This document shows, piece by piece, positions 17,910-27,692 of a DNA stretch of 64,000 bases. Numbering within the stretch: position 1 is the stretch's first letter; each line of letters begins with the position of its first letter. Location: positions 36,684 to 100,683 of the forward strand of contig JBKHAV010000001.1 in NCBI GenBank assembly GCA_046542715.1. Reading direction: 5' to 3'. The DNA is from Desulfovibrionales bacterium. Lineage in GTDB: Bacteria > Desulfobacterota > Desulfovibrionia > Desulfovibrionales > JBKHAV01. The notes under the pieces were generated by a model. It did no database searches. It was not told the origin of the DNA and saw nothing but the letters and a program-made list of their open reading frames with translations. A program made the position numbers and the translations under genes.

Positions 17910-20174
17910 CTAGTAGCCCTTGTAGGGGTTCGGACCCAGCGAAATGAGATGATCCATGAATTTATCGATCTTCTCCGAAACTGTATCGTACTCGTCGATG
18001 GCGACCTGGTCCTGGACAACGCGCTCTTTTTCAACGCCGAGTCGTTCCAGGGTCTCGCCCACATTGTTCATTCTGCGACTACAGAGTTCTGACCCCTTGA
18101 CGAAGTGGCACTGGTAGTCTTCACCGTACTTGCACCCGAGCAGCATCACGCCGTCCACACCCTTGCCCAGGGCATCGGCAATCCAGATGGTGTTCACGGA
18201 TCCAAGACAGCGGACCGGGATGAACCGGACGTATGGTGACCATTTCTTTCCCCGCAGAGCGGCCATGTCAAGCGCCGGATAGGCATCGTTCTCACAGGCC
18301 AGGATAATGGCCCTGGGACCGTCCTTTTCCATGTCGCCGGGAACCACGATCTGGCGGATCATCGATCCGATGATGTCGACACTGTAATTGTCAAAGGAGA
18401 TGACCCGCTCAGGGCAGGCACCCATGCAGGTTCCGCAGCGTCTGCACCGTGAAGGATTCGGCTGCGGCGTCCCCTTCTCGTCTTCGTCCAGAACGCCGAA
18501 GGGACACTCTTCCGTACACCGCTTGCACTGGGTGCAGCGGATGAAGTTGAACTTGGGATAGGTCATGTCACCTGACCGGGGATGAACCGACATGCCTCTG
18601 TTCACGGACTCGATGCACTGGATGGCTTTGAGTGCGGCGCCGGCAGCATCCTCTTCGGCCAGATGCAGGGACATGGGCTGGCGAACGCAACCCGCCGCGT
18701 AGATGCCGGTTCTGCGGGTCTCATACGGGAAGCAGATGTAGTTGGAATCTGCAAAGCCGTCAAAGAGATCCAGATCGGGAAGAGCAGGGCCCTGGCGGTA
18801 CTTGAGGTCCAAAATGGGCTTGAGGGCCGTGGTCGGCACCATGCCGGTCGGCAGGACCAGCATGTCGGTTTTGACCTCGATGTTCTCACCAAGCAGGGTG
18901 TCCTTGAAGGTGACCAGCACGCCGCCGTCATTGGCTTGTTCGATGTTCACCACCTCGCCCTTGCTCATCATGATGCCCGGATCGTTCTGGGCGGCCTTGT
19001 AGTACAGCTCGTTGATCCCGGGGACCATCATGTGCTCATAGATGATATACGCCTTTGCATCGGGATTGGCTTCCCGAACATAACCGGCCTGCTTCAGGGC
19101 GTTCAGGGATGCGGATTCCGAACTGTACGGGAGATGCCGGTAGGTCGTCTGCTTCTTGAAGACGAACTTTTCCTCTTCGCCCTCTTCACCTCCCTCAGCT
19201 TCTGCTTCTTCGGCCTCGGCTTCAGATTCCAAAGCAGCGGCTTCGTCTCTGGCGATCTCGTCAAGCATCTGTCCGGCTGTGAGCATGAACAGGACGCTCT
19301 CCGGCTTTTTACTGTCGCTCGGTCGCTTGATGCCTCCGTTTTTGGCCATCTCCTCGACTTCCAGGGTGGTGACCACGTTGGTCAGCGCGCCGTAGCCGAA
19401 GGGTTCCAGATACTTGCTGTCCTGCGGCACCCAACCGGTGGCCATGACAATGGCCCCGACCTGAACCGTCTCCTCTCCCGAGGAGGTCTTGACCGTGGCT
19501 TCGAACATACCGGGTGCCCCGGAGACCTTTTTCAAGGCAGCGCCGGTATATACCGTAATCTTCTCGTTGTTCTCCACCGCAGCGATCTTCTGGTCGACGC
19601 CGGTGTCCTGGACTCGGTCGTAAGGCGGACCAAGAGGGATGGTCTTGTACATCTTTGCAGCGAACCCGCCGAGCGCGGATTCTTTTTCGATCAGCACGAC
19701 CTCATACCCGGCCTTGGCCGCATGCAGAGCCGCAGTCAGTCCCGTCCACCCGCCGCCGAGGACCATGACCCGTTTCACACTCTCCAGCGCCTCTGGATCC
19801 GGAATGGTGGACTTTTGCAGCTTGGCAATGCCCATGTTCACGTAATCCTTGGCCACATTCATGATCTCGGCAGGATCTTTCACTCCAAGAACCGTATGCT
19901 CCCGGAGGTTGACCCGCTCCACCATGGTCGTTCCGAAGGTGTAAAGATTGACGTCCAGGCGGGGTGACGTTCCGGCAATGACCACACCATCCAGTCCGGC
20001 TTCTTCAATATCGGTCCGAATCGTGGACAAGCCGTCTTCGCTGGTCAGGTTTGCGTGGGTCTTCACCACCGGAGTGGCATCGGCCCACTTATTCTGTATC
20101 GCCTCGGACAATTCCTGCAAGTCGAGATCTCCGACGCTCGATTCGTCGAAATAGACACCGATTTTCTCGGCCAT
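17910..20174 (-). CDS. qmoB: QmoB (HdrA-like flavoprotein with Fe-S and MvhD-like domain)
   Basis: 754 aa. FAD motif VLGGGWTGLTAALHAAKAG, ferredoxin motifs CTQCKRCTEECP and CRRCGTCMGACP, and an MvhD-like C-terminus. Confidence 0.9.
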   Translation of the reverse strand: MAEKIGVYFDESSVGDLDLQELSEAIQNKWADATPVVKTHANLTSEDGLSTIRTDIEEAGLDGVVIAGTSPRLDVNLYTFGTTMVERVNLREHTVLGVKDPAEIMNVAKDYVNMGIAKLQKSTIPDPEALESVKRVMVLGGGWTGLTAALHAAKAGYEVVLIEKESALGGFAAKMYKTIPLGPPYDRVQDTGVDQKIAAVENNEKITVYTGAALKKVSGAPGMFEATVKTSSGEETVQVGAIVMATGWVPQDSKYLEPFGYGALTNVVTTLEVEEMAKNGGIKRPSDSKKPESVLFMLTAGQMLDEIARDEAAALESEAEAEEAEAEGGEEGEEEKFVFKKQTTYRHLPYSSESASLNALKQAGYVREANPDAKAYIIYEHMMVPGINELYYKAAQNDPGIMMSKGEVVNIEQANDGGVLVTFKDTLLGENIEVKTDMLVLPTGMVPTTALKPILDLKYRQGPALPDLDLFDGFADSNYICFPYETRRTGIYAAGCVRQPMSLHLAEEDAAGAALKAIQCIESVNRGMSVHPRSGDMTYPKFNFIRCTQCKRCTEECPFGVLDEDEKGTPQPNPSRCRRCGTCMGACPERVISFDNYSVDIIGSMIRQIVVPGDMEKDGPRAIILACENDAYPALDMAALRGKKWSPYVRFIPVRCLGSVNTIWIADALGKGVDGVMLLGCKYGEDYQCHFVKGSELCSRRMNNVGETLERLGVEKERVVQDQVAIDEYDTVSEKIDKFMDHLISLGPNPYKGY

Positions 20175-20178
20175 TGTA

Positions 20179-21417
20179 TTACCTCCCTCTCACCGTTTGA
20201 ATCGCTTTCAACGCAGCGCCGGTTGCGGACTGGGCTGACTTCATGACATCCAGGGGCTCTTTGGCGCAGCCGGCAACGAAAATGCCGGCGCTCTCGTTGT
20301 CCATGAGGAAATCGTTCTCGGTCTGGATCACTTCAAAGGGAAGTCCGCTCTGGGCAACACTCGGCTGCATGCCGGTGGCCAGCACGACCATGTCGAACCG
20401 CTCCTGGGATTTGTTGCCGCTGACCGCATCTTCCACGGTCACCCACACATCCCCGGTCTTGGGATCTTCTTCCGCTCCGGCGACTTTGCCTTTGACCGTT
20501 TTGATCTTGTCGTCGGCAAGGACCTTTTTCGCAAACTTGTCGTAGCGGCCGGGGGTGCGCAAGTCGATATAGTAGATGGTGACTTCGCTTTTGGGGTACT
20601 GCTCCCGCAGATAGACCGCCTGCTTGAGGGAAGCCATGCAGCAGATGTACGAGCAGAACGTGAGATGATTTTCGTCCCGGGAGCCGGCACACTGGACAAA
20701 GGCGACCTTTTTGGGCGCCTTCGAATCGGAAGGACGGAGAATTGCGCCGTTCGTGGGACCATTGGCCGAGGCCAACCGCTCCATCTGCATGTTGGAAATG
20801 CAGTTCGAAATGGTGCCCGCGCCCAGAGTGGTCAGGTTGGTCACATCGTACGGCTTCCACCCTGTGGCGATGATGATGCTGCCGACGTCAAGAGTAATGG
20901 ACTTGGGCTGCTCGTCCAGGTTGATGTTCGGATTGTCGGCTAGAACGCTTTTTTCATCCTCGGTGATGTTTTCCGCATCGAGGACGAACCGGCTCGGGTA
21001 GGAGAACGGAGCATCCATGTACAAAGCCTTGCGCACGCCCATCCCGAAATCAAAATCCTTGGGAACTTCCTGGGAAAGTTCCGCGGCCAGCCCGTTCATG
21101 TCGATGCTGCCCGGGCCGGTGTGCCGAGGATTGATCTGAACCGTGACTTCGTAATTTCCGGCTGTTCCGGACACTGCGGTCACCTCGGCCATGGTCAGGA
21201 TCTTCACCTTGGGGTTTTTCTTGATCCGCTGGAACTGGATCTCCAGTCCGCAGGAGGGAGGACACAGTTTGGGGAAATACTTATTGAGCTGCGCCACGCG
21301 TCCACCCAGGAAGGGCTGTTTTTCTACAAGATACACCTCGTAGCCCACTTCAGCGGCTTCAAGGGCGGCCGTAATTCCGGCAAAACCGCCCCCGACCACA
21401 AGTATACTTTCAGACAT
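20179..21417 (-). CDS. qmoA: QmoA (HdrA-like flavoprotein)
   Basis: 412 aa, MSESILVVGGGFAGITAALEAAEVGYEVYLVEK...FPKLCPPSCGLE. Confidence 0.9.
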   Translation of the reverse strand: MSESILVVGGGFAGITAALEAAEVGYEVYLVEKQPFLGGRVAQLNKYFPKLCPPSCGLEIQFQRIKKNPKVKILTMAEVTAVSGTAGNYEVTVQINPRHTGPGSIDMNGLAAELSQEVPKDFDFGMGVRKALYMDAPFSYPSRFVLDAENITEDEKSVLADNPNINLDEQPKSITLDVGSIIIATGWKPYDVTNLTTLGAGTISNCISNMQMERLASANGPTNGAILRPSDSKAPKKVAFVQCAGSRDENHLTFCSYICCMASLKQAVYLREQYPKSEVTIYYIDLRTPGRYDKFAKKVLADDKIKTVKGKVAGAEEDPKTGDVWVTVEDAVSGNKSQERFDMVVLATGMQPSVAQSGLPFEVIQTENDFLMDNESAGIFVAGCAKEPLDVMKSAQSATGAALKAIQTVRGR

Positions 21418-21457
21418 TTGAAATCCTCCCTAAAGTTTTTGATCAGGACCACGTGAA

Positions 21458-21514
21458 TAAAATGGTCTAAGTCTGAACTGCAGACCTCTCTGCAGTGCAG
21501 ACTTAGACCATTTT
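21458..21514 (-). other. Long composite hairpin in the aprA-qmoA spacer
   Basis: 17-bp arms AAAATGGTCTAAGTCTG / CAGACTTAGACCATTTT enclose an inner 7-bp stem CTGCAGA/TCTGCAG. Confidence 0.7.
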
Positions 21515-21547
21515 AAAAACGGCTGCGGGCGTTTACGCCCGCAGCCG
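21515..21547 (-). terminator. Intra-operon rho-independent terminator/attenuator after aprA
   Basis: The minus strand reads CGGCTGCGGGCG-taaa-CGCCCGCAGCCG followed by TTTTT, 12 nt after the aprA stop. Confidence 0.7.
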
Positions 21548-21559
21548 TAGTGATCCTTC

Positions 21560-23551
21560 CTAGTCAGGAATGATCTGGATGTAGGGTTTCTTGAAGATAG
21601 CGGTCTCACCCTTTTCCGGATCGTATTTGGAGTTGACGAAGCACTTCCACTTGGAATCATCCAAGCCCATGAAGTCTCCACGGTAGTAGAAGCCGGGGTA
21701 GCGGGACTCCTCACGGAAGTGGATGTGCTGCATGTGCAGCCGCACGGTCCACAGCCGGTGGAACTGCTCCCAGCAACGCATGAGTTCATGCAGGTCACGG
21801 GCGGCCAGCTTCTTGGAGTCCTCTTCCAGCATGTCGAGCAGCTTGAAGCCGGTCTCGAGCAGCGCCTTGGAAGTGGTGTAGTAGGTGCTGACGCCTCCGC
21901 CGTACTCGTCCGTCGCCTTGACCAGCCGCATCATGAAGTTCTTGGGGCTGATGAAGTTCGGGTTGATGACGGGGTCGGTGGAGATGGCCTTGCCCTCTTC
22001 GTAGTTGTACCAGGGCTGGTAGATCTCTTTCTTGAGCTCGTCAGCGGACTGCTTCAGCGTGGGCTTGAAATCCTTGTGGTCCACGCACCAGCGCACCATC
22101 TGCTTGCCGCAGATACGACCCTCGGCGTGGGAGCCGGAGGAGAACTTGTGACCGGAAGCGCCAACGCCGTCAGCGCAGGTGAACAGGCCGTTGACCGTAG
22201 TCATGCGGTTGTACACTTTGCCGTTGTCGGCCTTGATCTTGTACTCGTCAGGTACCCAGTCCAGATCCGGACCACTGACCCAGATGCCGCAGCAACCGGA
22301 GTGGGATCCGAGCAGGTAGGGCTCGGTGGGCATGATCTCGGAGCCGGTTTCCTCGGGCGCGATGTTCATGGCGGCCCACAGGTTGGCCTGCCCGACGCAC
22401 ATGTCGAGGAAGTCTTCCCATGCCTCGGACTCGAGGTGCTTCTGCTCCTGGGGAGAGAGCTCCTTGAAGGTGGTCTGCAGAGCGGTGGCGGTGTCCATGT
22501 AGATGGGGCCGCGACCTTCGCGCATTTCCCTGAGCATCATGTGGTTGCGCAGGCAGGTGGGAATGATGTTGCCCTTGGCGTAACCGCGATCCTCGTAAGG
22601 CTTCAACATGGCGCGGTTGGTTGCGCAGTAGTCTTCACCCTTGTAGTTCGTGGCCTTGGCCTTGAAGAGCAGGAACCAGGCGCCGACCGGGCCGTATCCG
22701 TCCTTGAAGCGGGCGGGGACGAACCGGTTCTCCATCATGGTCATCTCAGCGCCGACCTGGGCACACATGGTGTAGGTGGAACCGGCGTTCCATACGGGAT
22801 ACCAGGCGCGACCCATGCCCTCACCGGTGGACCGGGGGCGGTACACGTTCACAGCGCCGCCGCAGGCGACCAGAGCGGTGTTGCACTTGAAGATGTAAAC
22901 CTTGTTCTCGCGGGTGGAGAAGCCAACGGCACCGGCGATACGGTTGGGCTCGTTGGCATCCAGGAGCATCTTCACGATGAAGATGCGCTCCAGGTAACGG
23001 TCTTCGCCCAGGGCGTTCTTGGCCGCTTCGGCCACGATCACCTTGTAGGACTCACCGTTGATCATCATCTGCCAGCGACCGGAACGGACAGGCTGTGCGC
23101 CGGAGCGCAGGGACAGGCCGGCGGCCTTGGCCTGGGCGCCGTCGAGGTTCTTGCCGTCCTTCTTGACCCAGCAGGGAAGTCCCCACTCCTCAAAGAGGTG
23201 CACGGAATCGTCGACATGGGTTCCCAGGTCGAAGATGAGGTCTTCGCGGACGAGGCCCATCAGGTCGGTGCGGACCATGCGGACGTAGTCGTCCGGATCG
23301 TTTTCACCGAGATAGGTGTTGATGGCGGACAGACCCTGAGCCACAGCACCGGAGCGCTCCAGAGCAGCTTTGTCCACCAGCATGATCTTGAGGTCGCCGC
23401 CGACCTTGTCGGCCCAGCGGACAGCTTCGAAAGCTGCACCGCAGGTGCCCATGCCGCCACCCACCATGAGGATGTCAACGTCCTGTTCAACTATTTCTGG
23501 CTCAGCCAGAGCGAGCCCTTTGGGCTCTTCTTTCATGGGAATCCGAGGCAT
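21560..23551 (-). CDS. aprA: Adenylylsulfate (APS) reductase alpha subunit
   Basis: 663 aa. N-terminus MPRIPMKEEPKGLALAEPEIVEQDVDILMVGGGMGTCGAA, a flavoprotein of the fumarate reductase family. It sits next to aprB. Confidence 0.95.
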   Translation of the reverse strand: MPRIPMKEEPKGLALAEPEIVEQDVDILMVGGGMGTCGAAFEAVRWADKVGGDLKIMLVDKAALERSGAVAQGLSAINTYLGENDPDDYVRMVRTDLMGLVREDLIFDLGTHVDDSVHLFEEWGLPCWVKKDGKNLDGAQAKAAGLSLRSGAQPVRSGRWQMMINGESYKVIVAEAAKNALGEDRYLERIFIVKMLLDANEPNRIAGAVGFSTRENKVYIFKCNTALVACGGAVNVYRPRSTGEGMGRAWYPVWNAGSTYTMCAQVGAEMTMMENRFVPARFKDGYGPVGAWFLLFKAKATNYKGEDYCATNRAMLKPYEDRGYAKGNIIPTCLRNHMMLREMREGRGPIYMDTATALQTTFKELSPQEQKHLESEAWEDFLDMCVGQANLWAAMNIAPEETGSEIMPTEPYLLGSHSGCCGIWVSGPDLDWVPDEYKIKADNGKVYNRMTTVNGLFTCADGVGASGHKFSSGSHAEGRICGKQMVRWCVDHKDFKPTLKQSADELKKEIYQPWYNYEEGKAISTDPVINPNFISPKNFMMRLVKATDEYGGGVSTYYTTSKALLETGFKLLDMLEEDSKKLAARDLHELMRCWEQFHRLWTVRLHMQHIHFREESRYPGFYYRGDFMGLDDSKWKCFVNSKYDPEKGETAIFKKPYIQIIPD

Positions 23552-23599
23552 AATTTCCCCTCCTTACTCTCAATAATTATCGGTTGATTCGAGATTCAA

Positions 23600-24106
23600 C
23601 TACCGGTTTGCGCCTTCTTCACAAGGAATATCGGCCCAGCACTGCGTCTTGTCGGTTTCAGTCATGTCGAACTTCTTGTTCAGTGCTTCCTTGGGAGTCT
23701 TGAGCTCGGTTTCGGTGAAGAGGAGCTCATTGTCCAGATCGCTGGGCTCGGGCTTGCCTTCGAAAGGCTTGATGGAACCTTCAGCAGTGGTCCGAATGGG
23801 GAACTTGAACCGCTTCACATTGCCGTTGCGGAACTTGACAGTCCACATGATGTCCTCTGCGGAGCGCAGCGGAATGCTGGTCCCGCCCATGGGGGCGAAG
23901 TCAGCGTAAGGACGGGCTTCGATTGCGCCCTGGGGGCAGATCTTTACGCAGGAGTAACACTCCCAGCATGCCTCGGGCTCCTGGTTGAAAGCCTTCATCT
24001 CTTCGGGGTCCAAAATCATCAGGTCATTGGGGCAGATGTACATGCAAGCGGTCCGATCACCACCCTTGCAGCCATCGCATTTGTCAGGATTGACAAAGGT
24101 CGGCAT
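23600..24106 (-). CDS. aprB: Adenylylsulfate (APS) reductase beta subunit
   Basis: 168 aa. MPTFVNPDKCDGCKGGDRTACMYICPNDLM...CWECYSCVKICPQGAI carries two [4Fe-4S] motifs. Confidence 0.95.
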   Translation of the reverse strand: MPTFVNPDKCDGCKGGDRTACMYICPNDLMILDPEEMKAFNQEPEACWECYSCVKICPQGAIEARPYADFAPMGGTSIPLRSAEDIMWTVKFRNGNVKRFKFPIRTTAEGSIKPFEGKPEPSDLDNELLFTETELKTPKEALNKKFDMTETDKTQCWADIPCEEGANR

Positions 24107-24257
24107 AGCGTCCTCCTACCAATTAGTAAGGTTTATAAGGTTACCAACTCGCCACGTTTGCAGGGCACTCCGCCACGAGACGCACGGAGCAACGGAGGAA
24201 ATGTTCCACCGTTTTTCCAAAGGCTTGCCACAACCAAACATTTTGTTGAAAAGGCTG

Positions 24258-24285
24258 ATTATCAAAGCCCTTCAACGGGTGTCAA
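24258..24285 (-). promoter_or_regulatory. Putative sigma70 promoter of aprBA
   Basis: The minus strand reads TTGACA (24285-24280), 16 nt, then GATAAT (24263-24258). This implies a ~145-nt 5' UTR. Confidence 0.45.
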
Positions 24286-24535
24286 GGAGAAAGTGAAATT
24301 TATCCCAAGCACCCTGCGTAAAGCCTGTCCGCACCCAAGCAGTGCGGAAAAAATGAGCGGCGGGCCCTTGAAAATCGAATGCGTAACTATTTGCTAAAAA
24401 CAGCATTTTGGCAATACCATCATCATCTTCCCTGGGGCCGAATCACGCGCTTTGGATTTGCAGCTTTATCATCATTATTATAAACAGCCAATTCAAACCG
24501 CACTGCCCGGCTCCAATAAAATTGCGCTTGACTTT

Positions 24536-24553
24536 TGGTGATTTTTTTCACAA
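24536..24553. promoter_or_regulatory. Candidate Rex operator upstream of sat
   Basis: TGGTGATTTTTTTCACAA compared with the Rex consensus TTGTGAA-N4-TTCACAA. GTGA-N6-TCAC spacing is preserved and the right half is perfect. The site lies 80 nt upstream of the sat ATG, next to a TTGACT hexamer. Confidence 0.45.
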
Positions 24554-24632
24554 GAAAACAACTTTGTTTCGCTATCGGACCTAAGGTAATGAGGCATATC
24601 CTTCAACTTTCAAAATCGAGGAGCAAAATCCC

Positions 24633-25919
24633 ATGAGTAAACTGGTTCCCCCCCATGGCGGTAAAGGCCTTGTCGAATGCCTGCTCAAAGGCGCCGACCT
24701 GGAAGCCGAAAAGAAAAAGGCCCAGGGCCTGAAGAAGATCACGATTTCCAATCGGGTCAAAGGCGATGTCATCATGCTCGGCATCGGCGGATTCTCCCCC
24801 CTGAACGGATTCATGGGCAAGGAAGACTGGAAGGGCGTCTGTGAAAAGTTCCTCTTGGCGGACGGCACCTTCTGGCCTGTGCCGGTGGTCTGCGACACCG
24901 ATGACGAAGACGTCAAGGTCGGCGACGAAATCGCCCTGGCCGACAAGAATGGCGACATTTACGCCACAATGAAGGTTGAGGAAAAGTACGCCCTGACCCA
25001 TGGCGAGAAAAAATGGGAATGCGAAATGGTCTTCAAGGGCGACGGCGAAGACTCCAAGAACTTCTGGGACGTAGCACTGGAAGATCATCCCGGCGTCCAG
25101 ATGGTCATGAGCCAGGGCAAGTACAACCTGGCCGGCCCGGTCAAGGTCCTCTCCGAGGGCGACTACCGCGAGAAGTTTCCCGGTGTGTACATGACCCCGG
25201 CCGAGATCCGCGCTGAGATGGAAAAGCGCGGCTGGTCCAAAGTTGCCGCCCTGCAGCTCAGGAATCCCATGCACCGCTCCCACGAGTACCTGGCCAAGAT
25301 CGCGGCCGAGGTATGCGACGGCGTGGTCATCCACTCCCTGATCGGCAACCTGAAACCCGGCGACATCCCGGCTGACGTGCGCATCAAGTGCATTCAGACC
25401 CTGATCGACGGCTACTTCGTCAATGACAACGTGATCAACTCCGGGTACCCCCTGGACATGCGCTATGCCGGTCCCCGCGAGGCCCTGCTCCACGCCACCT
25501 TCCGGCAGAACTACGGCATCAGCCACATGCTGATCGGCCGTGATCATGCCGGCGTGGGTGACTTCTACACCCTGTTCGAGGCCCAGGAGATTTTTGACCG
25601 CATCCCCTACAGCAAGCTCGAAGATGCCTGCGAGGATCCCGGCAAGGCGCTCCTGACCGAGCCCATGAAGATCGACTGGACCTTCTACTGCTACAAGTGC
25701 GACGGCATGGCCTCCATGCGCACCTGCCCGCACACCAAGGAAGACCGGGTCATCCTGTCCGGTACCAAGCTGCGTAAGGCTCTGTCCGACGGCGCCCCCG
25801 TGCCCGACCATTTCGGTCGCGACGAGGTTCTGGCACTTCTGCGCGAATACTACGAAGGTCTGACCGACAAGGTCGAGATCAAGATGCAGAAGGCCGCCAG
25901 CGGTCAGGACATGAAATAA
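24633..25919 (+). CDS. sat: Sulfate adenylyltransferase (ATP sulfurylase)
   Basis: 428 aa. Contains [11 protein letters not shown], the HxxH-type motif IGRDHAGVG and a GAGGAG RBS. Confidence 0.95.
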   Translation: MSKLVPPHGGKGLVECLLKGADLEAEKKKAQGLKKITISNRVKGDVIMLGIGGFSPLNGFMGKEDWKGVCEKFLLADGTFWPVPVVCDTDDEDVKVGDEIALADKNGDIYATMKVEEKYALTHGEKKWECEMVFKGDGEDSKNFWDVALEDHPGVQMVMSQGKYNLAGPVKVLSEGDYREKFPGVYMTPAEIRAEMEKRGWSKVAALQLRNPMHRSHEYLAKIAAEVCDGVVIHSLIGNLKPGDIPADVRIKCIQTLIDGYFVNDNVINSGYPLDMRYAGPREALLHATFRQNYGISHMLIGRDHAGVGDFYTLFEAQEIFDRIPYSKLEDACEDPGKALLTEPMKIDWTFYCYKCDGMASMRTCPHTKEDRVILSGTKLRKALSDGAPVPDHFGRDEVLALLREYYEGLTDKVEIKMQKAASGQDMK

Positions 25920-25944
25920 GTCTTCATTTTCTTCTGCACCTGCA

Positions 25945-25975
25945 AGGGAGATGCTTCGGCATCTCCCTTTTTTTG
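25945..25975 (+). terminator. Rho-independent terminator after sat
   Basis: AGGGAGATGC-ttcg-GCATCTCCCT followed by TTTTTTT. Confidence 0.85.
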
Positions 25976-26057
25976 TCTCCTGTGCACCGGGACTTCTCGA
26001 ACTGTCGATATTGCCCATCGGAGCGGTTCAAGGTATGTAACCTCTTTTGCACACATC

Positions 26058-27692
26058 ATGACGGACACAAGAATGCCCAATACAAAAGAAAAGCCCCATC
26101 CACCCCGGGGATCCATTTATGACGAGATCAAAGAGCTGGATAAAAAGATTACCGGACTGCTCGGCCGCCGGACCGAACTCCTGGCAAAAGCCGCCTCCGG
26201 ACGAAGAAGCAGAAAGGGAAAACTCGCTGATCCCCGGCAGGAAAAAGAACTCTGGGCGATATGGAAGGATGTTCGCGAAAGCCAGAACCTCGACAATGCC
26301 ATCTGGGAACGAATCTTCAGTCTGACCAACTCCCTGGCCTATGCCCGTACAGAACAGACACGCCCGGAAAAAGGGTTCAACCTCTTTCCCAAACCCGCCC
26401 CCCTGCAACTCACGTTTGCCGGTCCGCCCCACCTTCCGGCCACCAGGGGGGGACTCGCCCTGGCCGCAATGCTCGGAGGGTCCCTGCGTATTCCCGGGGC
26501 GGTGCTCAATGATCCCCTGATTGAACTTGCCAAACTCCTCAACCAGGTCGAAGGGAAAGTGTCCTGGGATTCTGAGGGAATCACTTCAGAGTCCGACGGG
26601 GCTCTTGCTTTTGACAATCGGACCATCTTCTGTGGCCAGGACCCTTTCAACCTCTTTCTCGCCCTGGCCATGACACTGCCCGTGTTCGGCATTGTCAAGC
26701 TCACCGGCGGGACCAGTTTGAGAAATTTTGACCTTAGCGTGTTGCAACGGTTTTTGCCGGCAATCGGAGCACGGATGGTCCATCTGGATCCACACAGCGC
26801 CGGCCTTCCGGTCCGCATCGAATCCAGCGGCGTTCTTCCGGATGAGGTTCACCTCCCCGATTGGGTCCCCCCCTCTTTTGTGCATGCCATGCTCATCGGA
26901 TGGACCGGGCACCGGAAGAAGACCCGTTTTTTTTGGGACGGTTCCCGTGACGAGGAACTTTTTCCCGGCTGGCTCAAGGACCTGCTCTCCAGGTTCGGGT
27001 CCCGAATGCACACCAGGGGCGGACACCTGGAGATTTCCGGCTTTGATCTTCACGCTCCAAAACTCCTGAGCCTGCCCATGGATCCTGTTGCGACCGGGTA
27101 TGCTCTGGGACTTCCCGCCGGTCGGGGAGGTTTTGTCAAAGCTGAGGGGATTTGGCCCGATACAGACGAAGGCGCTAAAATCCTGGAAAAGCTGCGGGCC
27201 TTTCTCACGGTTGAAGCCTCCCCGGAGGGTATCCAAGCCCGCTTCAGGAACATGGTCGCCTCCAACAGCGTTGCATTCACTCCCTTGAGCTTTGCCCTGG
27301 CCGTGATTTCAGGCCGGGAAACCCTGCTCGAAATCACAGGTGACGACCAGGATCTTGAATTCGCTCTTGAAACCGGGGAAGTTCTTGGACTCGATCTCGC
27401 CCGGCTTCCTGGAGAGTTCAAGGTAGGCCGCACTTCCCGATCACAGCCGGCAGGCACGCCCCCGACGATTCACGCTCCCACTCCGGAGTGGGCCATGGCC
27501 CTGGCGCTCATTTCGACGTTCCGTCCGGGCTTCACCTTGTCCAACCCGGGAATCGTATCCAGCCTCTGGCCTCAGTTCTGGAATATTTACAACGAGACCC
27601 CGCTGATCCCCGGCGGGACGCAAAAACGAGAGACCAACGATACACCCCATGTCCCAAAACAACGTAAACGGATCGAATCCAAAGACCATTGA
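26058..27692 (+). CDS. Chorismate-mutase-like N-terminal helix fused to a degenerate EPSP-synthase (AroA) fold
   Basis: 544 aa. Residues ~20-95 fit the CM_2 pattern (IYDEIKELDKKITGLLGRRTELLAKAA...DPRQEKELW). The rest aligns by eye to AroA, with LPGSKS replaced by HLPATR, GNAGTAMR by GQDPFNLF, and DHRMAM by TPEWAM. Confidence 0.6.
   Translation: MTDTRMPNTKEKPHPPRGSIYDEIKELDKKITGLLGRRTELLAKAASGRRSRKGKLADPRQEKELWAIWKDVRESQNLDNAIWERIFSLTNSLAYARTEQTRPEKGFNLFPKPAPLQLTFAGPPHLPATRGGLALAAMLGGSLRIPGAVLNDPLIELAKLLNQVEGKVSWDSEGITSESDGALAFDNRTIFCGQDPFNLFLALAMTLPVFGIVKLTGGTSLRNFDLSVLQRFLPAIGARMVHLDPHSAGLPVRIESSGVLPDEVHLPDWVPPSFVHAMLIGWTGHRKKTRFFWDGSRDEELFPGWLKDLLSRFGSRMHTRGGHLEISGFDLHAPKLLSLPMDPVATGYALGLPAGRGGFVKAEGIWPDTDEGAKILEKLRAFLTVEASPEGIQARFRNMVASNSVAFTPLSFALAVISGRETLLEITGDDQDLEFALETGEVLGLDLARLPGEFKVGRTSRSQPAGTPPTIHAPTPEWAMALALISTFRPGFTLSNPGIVSSLWPQFWNIYNETPLIPGGTQKRETNDTPHVPKQRKRIESKDH

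Noticed and set aside
18582-19967. 461-aa ORF antisense to qmoB, plus similar long antisense ORFs at 6574..7605, 50623..51825, 57881..59134 and 59192..60127
   Set aside because: All lie opposite strongly supported genes (qmoB, ilvB, ptsI, ffh, aminotransferase). They show the typical reverse-frame composition.
21719-23587. 622-aa ORF antisense to aprA
   Set aside because: It is a shadow ORF. AprA on the other strand is unambiguous.
24603-26018. 471-aa ORF antisense to sat
   Set aside because: It is a shadow ORF on the opposite strand of a confidently identified gene. Its composition is Gly/Ala/Val/His-rich, as expected from reading a high-GC gene in reverse, and it has no motifs.
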